DNA from: an uncultured delta proteobacterium
Lineage (GTDB): Bacteria > Myxococcota > Myxococcia > Myxococcales > Myxococcaceae
Reading direction: 5' to 3'
Assembly (NCBI GenBank): GCA_963771175.1
Contig: CAVYSY010000026.1
Location: 256,001-320,000 of the forward strand
DNA: 64,000 bases
Shown here: in pieces, positions 1-9,016 of the stretch
Layout: every line of letters starts with the position of its first letter
How positions within the stretch are numbered: position 1 is the stretch's first letter
Program-made: the position numbers and the translations under genes
The notes under the pieces: model-generated
Told to the model about the DNA's origin: nothing
The model's input: only the letters and a program-made list of their open reading frames with translations
Databases searched by the model: none

Positions 1-89
1 AGACGGACCTGCTCCGCTACGCCGCCGGCGTGGTGCAGGAGCTCGACCACGCCGCCCGGTGGGGCCAGGAGGAGCAACCCCAGGCCTGA
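1..89 (+). CDS. 3' end of a gene entering the window, possibly a CBS-domain protein
   Basis: Frame from 3 reads TDLLRYAAGVVQELDHAARWGQEEQPQA, stop TGA 87-89; TDLLRY resembles the end of a CBS repeat. Confidence 0.4.
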   Translation, partial: TDLLRYAAGVVQELDHAARWGQEEQPQA

Positions 90-139
90 GGCAATGGAGC
101 CCGTCCAAGCGAGCCGGCGGAGGCTGACCCTGCACGATC

Positions 140-676
140 ATGAACTCTGGGAGCGCGGCAACGTCCATCGCACTCGCGCCGATGGGCGGGTTTTCGGCGG
201 ACATCCTCGGCGAGCTCTCGGAGCGGGTGCGGGCCGCCTTCGGTCGGGACGTGCTGCTCGTGGAACGTCTGGCGCTCCCGCCCTCCGCATTCGACTGCTC
301 ACGAGACCAGTGGCGCGCCTCCTCCCTGCTCCGTGTCCTCGGACCCGCGAAGCGGCCAGAATGGGACCGGCTGCTCGGAATCGTCGATGTCGATCTCTAC
401 GCGCCGGACCTGAATTTCGTTTTCGGCCAGGCGGATGAGCGGCACGGCGTGGCCGTGTTCTCGACGGCACGGCTGGCCGCGGGGCATGCAGAACGCCCGA
501 CGCTGGTGCACCGCGCGAGCATCGAGGCCGTTCACGAGCTGGGACACACGTACGGCCTGCGCCACTGCTCGCGACCCGACTGCGTCATGTGGTTCTCCAA
601 CACCCTCGGGGAGAGCGATCGCAAAGGGTTCGCGTTCTGCGAACAGCATGCGCTCGAGCTGAAACGCGCGAAATAA
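140..676 (+). CDS. Archaemetzincin family Zn metalloprotease (peptidase M54)
   Basis: HELGHTYGLRH zinc motif followed by CSRPDCVM; DLYAPDLNFVFGQA typical of the family. Confidence 0.92.
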   Translation: MNSGSAATSIALAPMGGFSADILGELSERVRAAFGRDVLLVERLALPPSAFDCSRDQWRASSLLRVLGPAKRPEWDRLLGIVDVDLYAPDLNFVFGQADERHGVAVFSTARLAAGHAERPTLVHRASIEAVHELGHTYGLRHCSRPDCVMWFSNTLGESDRKGFAFCEQHALELKRAK

Positions 677-755
677 TCCTCGCTCGGCGCTTCGCCTCCT
701 GGCCAGGCACCATCCCGGTTCGCCGTTTCACCGCGCCAGGGCCGCGCGCGGCGGT

Positions 756-1412
756 TCAGTCCGGCGGAGAGCCCTTCGAGCCGGGGCCCTCGCGCACGCC
801 GAGATAGGCGAGCAGCAGGTGCGTCAGCTCGTCGGCGAAGCGCGCGTCGTCGAGCAGCTCGGGGCGCTCCATGACGGCGACGTGGACGAGCTCCTCCAAG
901 GTGCGGCCGGCGATGAAGGTGGCGAGCTCCAAATCCATCCCCGGGCGCAGCCGCTCGCGGTGGGCCTCGAGCAGGGCGCGCAGTAGCTCCCGGCCCTGAG
1001 CCGCCACCTGCCGCACATGGGCGATGCGGTCCACCAGGGGCACGAGCTGGAGCAGCGCCGGCATCAGCCCCTTGTCGCGCCGATGCATGGCGAGCATGGC
1101 GCGCACCGTGTGGGCCACAATCTCCTCCAGGGGCTGGCCGAGCACCTCGGCGGTGGCGGCCGACAGTTCCTGGATGTCGAGCTCCACCTGACGCTCGATG
1201 AGGGCGGCGGCGAGCGCCTCCTTGCTCGGAAAGTACTGGTAGAGCGAGCCCACACTGACGCCGGCAACGCGAGCAATCTCGTTGGTGGTGGTATGCGCCA
1301 GGCCCTTGTCGGCCAGGACGCGAGCAGTGGCCTCCAGCAGGGTGTCCACGAGGGAGCGGGAGCGCTGTTGCTTCGGCTGTCTGCGAGCGGAGACGCGGCG
1401 GCGGGTGGCCAT
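756..1412 (-). CDS. TetR/AcrR family transcriptional regulator
   Basis: RRQPKQQRSR then HTH TTNEIARVAGVSVGSLYQYFPSKEAL; start placed at MATRRR. Confidence 0.93.
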   Translation of the reverse strand: MATRRRVSARRQPKQQRSRSLVDTLLEATARVLADKGLAHTTTNEIARVAGVSVGSLYQYFPSKEALAAALIERQVELDIQELSAATAEVLGQPLEEIVAHTVRAMLAMHRRDKGLMPALLQLVPLVDRIAHVRQVAAQGRELLRALLEAHRERLRPGMDLELATFIAGRTLEELVHVAVMERPELLDDARFADELTHLLLAYLGVREGPGSKGSPPD

Positions 1413-1422
1413 GGCGGAACGC

Positions 1423-1457
1423 GAGTTGAGGAGAACGGCTCCGGAGAATATCAACTC
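1423..1457. promoter_or_regulatory. Putative TetR operator (inverted repeat GAGTTGA-N21-TCAACTC)
   Basis: Perfect 7-bp inverted repeat in the 62-bp gap between divergent tetR and monooxygenase. Confidence 0.5.
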
Positions 1458-1474
1458 AAGGCACTGGAGGTTAC

Positions 1475-2650
1475 ATGCCGACTCAAGTCCTGTCCTCGTC
1501 GCGTCGCGTCCTCATCGCCGGTGCGGGCATTGGCGGGCTGACACTCGCGTGCGCGCTGCGCCGCTCGGGCGCCACCGTCTCCGTCTTCGAGCGCGCCGAG
1601 ACGCTCAGTCCGGTGGGCGCGGGCATCACCGTGCAGATGAACGCCATCGCGGCGCTGCGCTCCATTGGTATTGGACTGGCGGACGCAGTGGCCGCGGCCG
1701 GCGCCCCGTGCTCGGAGGCCGCGGTGCTGGACGCCTCGGGGCACGTGCTCTCGCGCATGTCCATGGAAGGGCTCGCGCGGGAGCTGGGGGCGCCCACGGT
1801 GTGCCTGCACCGCGCGAGGCTGCAGGCGGTGCTGCTGGCGCACGCGGGCGAGGAGTGCGTGCACACGGGTCGCGCGGTGACGGGCTTCCAGGACGACGGC
1901 CAAAGGGTGACGGTGACGCTGTCGGATGGGAGCACCGAGACGGGCGAGGTGCTGGTGGGGGCGGACGGGCTGCGCTCGGTGGTGCGCCGCGAGCTGCTTG
2001 GGGACGCGCCGCTGCGCTACGCGGGCTACACGAGCTGGCGCGGGGTGACGCGGGCCGCGTCGCTGCTGCGCGAGCCGGGGCGCACCTCGGAGACGTGGGG
2101 CCCGGGGGCGCGCTTCGGCATCGTCCCGATTGGGTTCGGGGAGGTGTACTGGTTCGCCACGCTGAACACGCCGGCTGGGGGCCGGGACGAGCCGGGCCGC
2201 GTGCACGCGCGGCTGCTGGAGGTGTTCGGCACGTGGCACGCGCCGATCGCGGGCCTCATTGAATCCACGCCGGAGGAGCACATTCTGCGCACGGACATCA
2301 ACGACAGGCCGCCGGTGAGCCACTGGAGCCGGGGCCGCGTGACGCTGCTGGGCGACGCGGCGCACCCGATGACGCCGAACATGGGACAGGGCGGCTGCCA
2401 GGCGATAGAGGACGCGGTGGTGCTGGCCGGCTGCCTGGAGCGCGCGGGCACGGTGGAGGCGGCGCTGGCCGACTACGAGCGGCGCCGGCTGGAGCGCGCC
2501 AACGCCTTCGTCTCGCAGTCGTACAAGTTCGGGCGGATGGGGCAGCTCGAGAGCGCGCCGGGGCGGTTCGTGCGCGACGCGCTGATACGAGCGATGCCCG
2601 CGAGTCTCGCGGCGAGGCAGCTGCGGGACTCGCTGCGCTTCACGCCGTGA
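1475..2650 (+). CDS. FAD-dependent monooxygenase (group A aromatic hydroxylase type)
   Basis: GAGIGG, GADGLRS and GDAAHPMTPNMGQGG motifs; GGAGG RBS upstream. Confidence 0.93.
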   Translation: MPTQVLSSSRRVLIAGAGIGGLTLACALRRSGATVSVFERAETLSPVGAGITVQMNAIAALRSIGIGLADAVAAAGAPCSEAAVLDASGHVLSRMSMEGLARELGAPTVCLHRARLQAVLLAHAGEECVHTGRAVTGFQDDGQRVTVTLSDGSTETGEVLVGADGLRSVVRRELLGDAPLRYAGYTSWRGVTRAASLLREPGRTSETWGPGARFGIVPIGFGEVYWFATLNTPAGGRDEPGRVHARLLEVFGTWHAPIAGLIESTPEEHILRTDINDRPPVSHWSRGRVTLLGDAAHPMTPNMGQGGCQAIEDAVVLAGCLERAGTVEAALADYERRRLERANAFVSQSYKFGRMGQLESAPGRFVRDALIRAMPASLAARQLRDSLRFTP

Positions 2651-3536
2651 GACGCGGAGCAGCCGTGTCCGCCAGCGATTGCACGGCCTGCGCAAGTTCG
2701 CCCTCGCCGTCGGCGAGCCGATCAAGAATGTTGAAGTGGTTGCGAGCCAGTACAAGCCGTTCGCCGGGGAGCCCGGCGGCCTGCCACGCGGCGGCGTAAT
2801 CGATGGTCTGGCGGGCGAACTCGTTCGTTTCCTGCGTTCCGTGGGCCCAGATGCACCGTGGTGCCTGTCGCGGCAGCTCGAGCAGCGGGCTCAGTGCGAC
2901 GGCGGCCCCCATGTCGAGGCCCAGTTCCGGCCCCACGAAGCAGTGTGGCAGCGGGCGCAGGTCGTAGAGGCCGCACACACCGAGAACGCCCGCGAAGGGC
3001 GGTGAGGGCAGGCCGTAATCGCCAGTCCAGTCGGCGCCGAGCAGCGTGGCGGCGCCGTGTCCACCAGCCGAGTGGCCGGCCACCACCAGGCGTGAACGGT
3101 CAACGCCCCAGGCGTCGGCGTGTTGCCACAGGTGCGCCAACGCCGCTCGATGCTGACGCACGATCTCGGCGAGCGAGACCTTCGGGCACAGTGCGTAGTT
3201 CTCGATCACCACCGTCCAGCCGCGCTCGCACAAGCCGCGTGCGATGTAGCTCCATTCCTTGCTCGTGGTGACCTTCCAGTAACCACCATGGATGAAGAAC
3301 AAGGTGGGCCTCCGCGCCTTCGGGTCGGCATTCGGAGGCATGAAGACATCATAGGTTTCGGCGAGTGTCGGGCCGTAGCGCACGTCGAGGTGGCCGGTAA
3401 GAGCCTGGCGAGCCTCGGCACTCTGCCTGATGAACTGGTCAACGTAGACGCCAAGATCCGGCACCGTCGCCTCAATGTTGTATTCGGCGTTGAGGGCCTC
3501 GATGCTGGTGAAGTCGCGGTACAGCCGTGCGGACAT
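2640..3536 (-). CDS. Alpha/beta hydrolase, arylformamidase/HSL-like esterase
   Basis: HGGYW oxyanion loop, GHSAGG nucleophile elbow, C-terminal NHF. Confidence 0.88.
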   Translation of the reverse strand: MSARLYRDFTSIEALNAEYNIEATVPDLGVYVDQFIRQSAEARQALTGHLDVRYGPTLAETYDVFMPPNADPKARRPTLFFIHGGYWKVTTSKEWSYIARGLCERGWTVVIENYALCPKVSLAEIVRQHRAALAHLWQHADAWGVDRSRLVVAGHSAGGHGAATLLGADWTGDYGLPSPPFAGVLGVCGLYDLRPLPHCFVGPELGLDMGAAVALSPLLELPRQAPRCIWAHGTQETNEFARQTIDYAAAWQAAGLPGERLVLARNHFNILDRLADGEGELAQAVQSLADTAAPRLTA

Positions 3537-3586
3537 GTCGAAACTCCTGACGAGGGTGGCGCGTGGATGAGGGCTGCTGGTCCTGC

Positions 3587-4231
3587 CTACGAGGCGGAAA
3601 CGAGCTCGCGCCGGTAGGTGATCGCGCCTTCCTTCTCCGAAGGGGCGAAGCCCATCCGCCGCAGGTAGGTGACGTGCTTGGGGATCCCAGAAGGAGAGAT
3701 GATCTCGCGGATTCCCTTCGAGCGGAAGAACTCCGCCTGCTCGGAGAAGAGGAAGCGGCCGATCTTGAAGTCCCGGTAGCCAGGGATGACGAAGTCGAGC
3801 CGCACCCTCAGGCCTCCGTCGTCCCGAACCTCGCCGATGAACAGCCCCGCTGGGACCATGTCGCGCAGGATGAAGAAGGCGAGCTGCCGGTCCCCGGGCT
3901 GGTACGAGAACTCAGGGAGGAACCGGCGGATGTCCTCGGCGTGGAAGTCGAGGAACGCTCGCAGGTACTCGGAGCGGGGATCGATCTCCAGAATCCTCAG
4001 GAACTCCCGGGTCCTGAGCATCCGCGACAGGTAGAAGATGTTGACGAGGACGATGAACAAGTTCACCGCCGCCACGGGGTAGGCGCCGATCAGCAGCCCG
4101 TACACGCTGAAGGCCACCGCGCCGGCCAGGTTGATGATGCGCAGCCGGATGAGGGAGCTCATCGTCAACGAGATTGCCACCAGCACGGAGGCGACATAGC
4201 CAATCAACTCGTACATCCAGTGTGTGTCCAT
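3587..4231 (-). CDS. Membrane protein (YgjV-like N-terminal helices) with soluble C-terminal domain
   Basis: MDTHWMYELIGYVASVLVAISLTMSSLIRLRIINLAG, hydrophobic N-terminus; LDFVIPGYRDFKIGRFLF C-terminal domain. Confidence 0.75.
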   Translation of the reverse strand: MDTHWMYELIGYVASVLVAISLTMSSLIRLRIINLAGAVAFSVYGLLIGAYPVAAVNLFIVLVNIFYLSRMLRTREFLRILEIDPRSEYLRAFLDFHAEDIRRFLPEFSYQPGDRQLAFFILRDMVPAGLFIGEVRDDGGLRVRLDFVIPGYRDFKIGRFLFSEQAEFFRSKGIREIISPSGIPKHVTYLRRMGFAPSEKEGAITYRRELVSAS

Positions 4232-4429
4232 GTGACTCGAGCCCACCGAAACGAATGAGGTGTACGCCGCGGGGGCCGCAGCGGGGCGCCTGGATAGCGC
4301 CTGACTCCGCCGGGGACAAGTCTCTGCTGACCCCGCTGGACGAGCGGAGCGCTTATGCTCCAAAGGCGGGGCGACGAGAATCCTCGAGGACTCTCGGCGG
4401 CTCTCAGCATACGCCCTGGGAGGTGGCTC

Positions 4430-4868
4430 ATGAGTGAGGCAGCGAGCAGCTTCGATCTGACGTTGGAGCAGTTGGACGGCTACGAGTTCAAGGTGGGCTT
4501 CGACAAGGGCTGGGAGGGCTGGCACACCGACGAGCCGCCGCCGCTGGGCAAGGACGCCGGCCCCAACCCCTCCCGCGTGCTGGCGGTGTCCATCGCCAAC
4601 TGCCTCGCCGCGAGCCTCATCTTCTGCCTGTCGAAGAAGGGCGAGAAGGTCTCGGGTGTCACCGCGAAAGTGCACCTCGAGCTGGTGCGCAACGAGCAGA
4701 AGCGCCTGCGCATCAGCAAGGTGGAAGTCACCCTCCGCGCTCCGGTGGAGCGCGACTCGCCGGCCTTGCTGCAGTGCCTCGACACCTTCGAGGACTTCTG
4801 TGTCGTCACCCAGTCGGTGCGCGAGCGGCATCGACGTGAAGGTCAATGTGGAGGCCGTGGGAGGGTGA
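4430..4868 (+). CDS. OsmC/Ohr family protein (one indel near the 3' end)
   Basis: TDEPPPLGKDAGPNP, NCLAAS and FEDFCVVTQSVR Cys motifs; alternative frame continues GIDVKVNVEAVGG; GGAGG RBS. Confidence 0.85.
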
Positions 4869-4881
4869 ACGAGACCTGACA

Positions 4882-4910
4882 AGGCGGGGGCCCCTCCCCC
4901 TCCCCCGCCT
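4882..4910. terminator. Hairpin between convergent genes
   Basis: AGGCGGGGG ... CCCCCGCCT inverted repeat. Confidence 0.45.
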
Positions 4911-4916
4911 CGGAGC

Positions 4917-6249
4917 TCAGTGCATCAGCAGCCAGTTGAGCAGGGGCGTCCATACCGCCGTCGGGGCGTCGTCGGCCATCAGCAAATCCGCGTGGCCGTA
5001 GTCCAGCGCGCGGTCCGCGTCCGGCTTGCGCTGCACCACGAGCAAGTCGACGACGTCGTCGTCCCAGCTCCCGAGCAGGCCCAGGGAGTACAGGCCGTAG
5101 CGACCGAAGCCGCCGGCAGCGCCCACGTACAGCACTGGCACCTTCACCTCGTGCAGGTAGTCGTCATACGGTACGTCCGGCGCCCCGCACCACATGGCCA
5201 GGGTGTCCACCTGCTCGCCAATGCTCTGGTAGGGAGAGGCCTGCATCAGCGCATCGAAGAAGAAGCGCTCACGCGTCCACCGCAGCGCGGTGGGAACCTC
5301 CGCGACGAACTCGCCTCCCACCCAGTGGTAGACGGGAATGATCGGCGGGTTCTGGAGCCGATACGTGGCCGCGCCCACGACGAGCCCGGTCTGTCGATTC
5401 GTGAGGCCCGGGATGATGAGCGAGCCCTCGTCCGACGCGGTGATGGCGAGCGAGCTCAGGAACTGGAGGAAGGCACCCATCTGCCCGCCCTCGTATTGCC
5501 CGGTGGCCTGAAGCTCCGAGAGCGCCGCCAGCGTCTTGCACGCCGCCACACGCTCCGCCGTGTGCTCCGGCGCCAAGGAGTAGGCCATGTCCACGGGGAT
5601 GAACCCACTCACCTGGCGCTTCTCCGGCGACAGCCGCGCCTCCGCGTTCAGGTAGGCATAGGAGACGGCGGCCCCGCGGCTCCACCCCAGAAGCGCCATC
5701 CGACCCATCCCGTCCCCTCGCATCCAGCGCGCCAGTCTCAGCCCCACCCCCAGGTCCCTGGCATGCAGACCCAGGTTCCAGTCCTTCATGAAGGAGAAGT
5801 CGGTCGTCCCCGCGGGGACATGCACCCAGCGCAGGTCGATGCCCCACACATCCACCCCCTGCTTCGCCAGGAAGATGGCGAGGGAGTGCTGCTTTGGCAC
5901 CGCCGTGCTCGCGACGCTCCCCAGGAACGCGGCCCGGAACCCCAACACGTCACCGTGCACCAGGAACACCGATTTGGGGACGCGCAGGGGCAGGTTGGGC
6001 AAAACCTCGCGCACCACGCGGTGAAGGGTGATGACGTCATACACCCCGGGCCCCACCTGGACGCGGTAGCTGTACTCGTAGATGTCCTCGAAGAGCTGCC
6101 GACGCGCGGTATGCGCCACCAGAGAATGACTCGTCGATGGCCACCTCACCAGGGGGCGGCTCCAGTGCTGGTTCCTCAGCGCGGGCCTGTGTACTGACGC
6201 CGATTGCCCAGATACACATCCACACAGCCATCCCGCCTGGGATTCGCAT
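4917..6249 (-). CDS. Secreted alpha/beta hydrolase-like protein (indel near 6130 separates the signal peptide)
   Basis: VFLVHG, GVDVWGIDLR, GWSRG nucleophile, YGHADL His; signal-like MAVWMCIWAIGVSTQARA in the upstream frame. Confidence 0.7.
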
Positions 6250-6510
6250 AGACCCGCTCTCCTGAATGGAATTCCCCCAGGGGGATAGCTGCTCATTTCA
6301 GTCATTCCTCGCAACTACTGCACACCTCCAATAGTGACCGTCTGGACAAGGTCGCGCGCCCAGGAATTGACGCCCGCCTCCAGCGCAAGGAACTGCATGT
6401 GAAAGACAGACCGATCGACAGTGATTGCCAAGACGACCATGCCCCTGCTTCTTGGAGAGCGCCCAAAGGGGCACAGTGGACCACATCGATCAAAAGCCGC
6501 CTAATCAGGC

Positions 6511-6564
6511 TTACGCGTAAATAGAGCGAAACTATTACTACTGTTTTGTACTATTGTAGTAAAA
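6511..6564. promoter_or_regulatory. AT-rich promoter/operator with nested palindromes
   Basis: TTACGCGTAA perfect palindrome (6511-6520); TTACTAC...GTAGTAA and TACTA-TTG-TAGTA repeats 50-100 bp before ATG 6615. Confidence 0.45.
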
Positions 6565-6614
6565 TAACGCGCTCCACCCCCCTCCGAGCCTCAGGGCCCG
6601 GTCTCGAGGTCCCC

Positions 6615-7379
6615 ATGACGTCTTCCACCCTGAAATCGCTTCTTGCGGGCGCCGCGCTGCTGGCGGCCCCTGTCGCGCTGGCCGGCACCAGTGACTCCGT
6701 TCCCGCGTTCGAGGCGAAGATCGCCACCGCGCGCACCTCCGGCAGCCCGAGCGGTACGACCGTCAACCGCTCTGAGATGAGCGATGCACTCGACTCGTTC
6801 TGGTACGACGACTGGATGGTGGACGCCGATGAGCACGCGTACCTCGGCACGAAGCTGGCGAGCTCCACCTTCCTCACCGGGATTGATGCCTCGGCGCAGG
6901 ATTACCTCCAGGACTTCCATGAGCTGAACGACGGGCAGGGTGCCTGGCAGCTGGAGCTCGCGCCGGTGACCACTCCCGCCTCGCAGCTGTTCGGCGCGAG
7001 CGGCCCGCTGGCCTACTCCGCCAATATTGCCGAGGGCGCCATCAACGGCGAGGGCGTGGCCAACAACGACACCCTGCTGTACGCCTATGGCTACGTCCTC
7101 GCCCAGGGTTATGAGGACCTGTTCTGGTTCTCGCCCATCACCCATCAGCAGCTCGTGCAGATCCTCTCGGGCAGCGCCAACCAGCAGACGCCGTCCCAGG
7201 CCGAGGTGAACGGTGCGGCGGCCTACCTCACGGAGATCTCCGGCGAAGGCGAGCGGCTCTACGCGGGCTACTGGCACTCGTACCTGTGGGGCGGCGAGTC
7301 CGCGGGCTACGTCATCGCGGCCGTCAGCGAAGACCGGCAGTTCGTGCGCATGGTGCGAGTCATCAGCTGGGGCGACTAG
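6615..7379 (+). CDS. Secreted hypothetical protein
   Basis: Signal peptide MTSSTLKSLLAGAALLAAPVALA; GAGG RBS; strong GC3 codon bias. Confidence 0.8.
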   Translation: MTSSTLKSLLAGAALLAAPVALAGTSDSVPAFEAKIATARTSGSPSGTTVNRSEMSDALDSFWYDDWMVDADEHAYLGTKLASSTFLTGIDASAQDYLQDFHELNDGQGAWQLELAPVTTPASQLFGASGPLAYSANIAEGAINGEGVANNDTLLYAYGYVLAQGYEDLFWFSPITHQQLVQILSGSANQQTPSQAEVNGAAAYLTEISGEGERLYAGYWHSYLWGGESAGYVIAAVSEDRQFVRMVRVISWGD

Positions 7380-7752
7380 CCGTCTCGTCAGCGTGAACGG
7401 GCATGACGCCAGCCGCGGGGGAGCGGAAAGAACAGCCCGCCCCCCCGCTCCGCGACCCCGTCCCCAGGCTCAGGGCCAGAGAGCCTGCCAATAGCGTACC
7501 GGGCAGGAAGACGATGAGCTCCGGCTTCGTCGGACTCGCCGGGCGGATGACGACGTGTGCATCCGGATAGCTCCCGGAGCCGGGCGTCCCCGCCTCCGCG
7601 GGCGTCACGAACCGGCAGAACGCACCGCTCGGCCCGGTGCACGTGCTCACCGCCTGCTCCACCGCGGCCACCCCCTCCGGCTCGGACGCAGTGCTCCCTC
7701 CACACCCCGCCGCCAGCGCCAGCATCACTCCCCATGGGGCCAAACGCGTCAT
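7363..7752 (-). pseudogene. Truncated lipoprotein hydrolase-like gene
   Basis: Lipobox LALAAGC; coding-like sequence ends at PELIVFLPGT (about 7495), then runs into GC-rich hairpin sequence. Confidence 0.5.
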
Positions 7753-8103
7753 CTCAATCTTCAAGGCAATCTCCTCTTGGATGTACGGCGGACCCGCCCG
7801 GCACACGCCGACCCGAGCCCGCTCCGGGCGCTCGTGGCGCCCTCACCGGGAAACACGCACGGTCATGAAAAGTTGCGGTTGCCCGGCCTCGGCCAGGGCA
7901 TCACGTCCATCGGGCTCGGGACGAAGCCAGGTGATTGTCTCGAGCGCCCCCAGGAGCGATGACCGCGGCTCAACCCATCACACCAGGGAGCTCCACATGA
8001 ATCTCGAGACGGCTCGAGTACGGCGAACGCGGATCGATCGCTTCACGAGTTCGTCCTCCGGGAGACGTTCGGCGGAAGCCCGCTCCGTGGTCGTCCGACC
8101 CGC

Positions 8104-8832
8104 CTACTTCAAGATGTCGAGCAGGAGCCGCGCGGTGCTCTCCGGCACGGCCACCATCGCATCGTGGCCACAGTCGAGCTCCCGCCAGCGCAGGCCGCGC
8201 TGGTGCGCCCGCTCCTGGAACGCGGCCAGCGGATCGGCGCCGAACGTCCCGATGAGCCCGTCACGCTGGGAGCACCGCACATAGGTGGCCGGCACCGTGC
8301 TCACCCCACGGCTCAGGTGCAGCGGCTCGTTGAGGGTCCGTAGCGGGTGGGGCACCCGGCGCGGTTGGGCCCAGGCCACATCCTCAGGGCGCATCACCCC
8401 CATGACGCCGAGCGGGAGCGGTGGCAGCAGCCATGCGTCCCCATCGGCCTTCGCGAGCGACTGGAGCACGTCATTGGTGCTCCCGCCAAACGCGCCACTC
8501 GCCGCCTGACCGTTGTCCGGCAGGTGGGCGTCCAGATACACCAGATGGGCCAGACGCTCGGGCACCCGGTCAGCCACTCCGGTGATGACCATGCCCCCGT
8601 AGCTGTGCCCCACCAGCACCACTTCGCGCACATCCTCGTATTCGAGCACGCTCACGATGTCCTGGATGTGCGTGGCCAGACCCACGTCGCGGGTGAGCAG
8701 GTGGTAGCGCTCGCCTGCTCCGGTGAGCGTGGGGGTGAACACCTCGTGTCCCGCCTCCCTCAAGAAGCAACGGACATGCTTCCAGCACCACCCACCGTAG
8801 AAGGCTCCATGCACCAGGACGAACGTGGCCAT
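8104..8832 (-). CDS. Alpha/beta fold esterase (methylesterase-like)
   Basis: MATFVLVHGAFYGGWCW, GHSYGG, LVYLDA, GHDAM. Confidence 0.92.
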   Translation of the reverse strand: MATFVLVHGAFYGGWCWKHVRCFLREAGHEVFTPTLTGAGERYHLLTRDVGLATHIQDIVSVLEYEDVREVVLVGHSYGGMVITGVADRVPERLAHLVYLDAHLPDNGQAASGAFGGSTNDVLQSLAKADGDAWLLPPLPLGVMGVMRPEDVAWAQPRRVPHPLRTLNEPLHLSRGVSTVPATYVRCSQRDGLIGTFGADPLAAFQERAHQRGLRWRELDCGHDAMVAVPESTARLLLDILK

Positions 8833-9016
8833 GCGCGACTCCTGTCGAGAGAGGCCCGGAGCCTGATTCAACGCGCCGAGCAAGGCAAAGCAACCTCGCG
8901 CCCCCGACAAGGACCAGAACATGCAGGACAAGGGCATCGTCCATCTCCAGTGGACGACACGCTACTACTGAGCGTCGCACGGACGAGGGAAGGACTGGGA
9001 CGCGTTGTGGCCCGTC

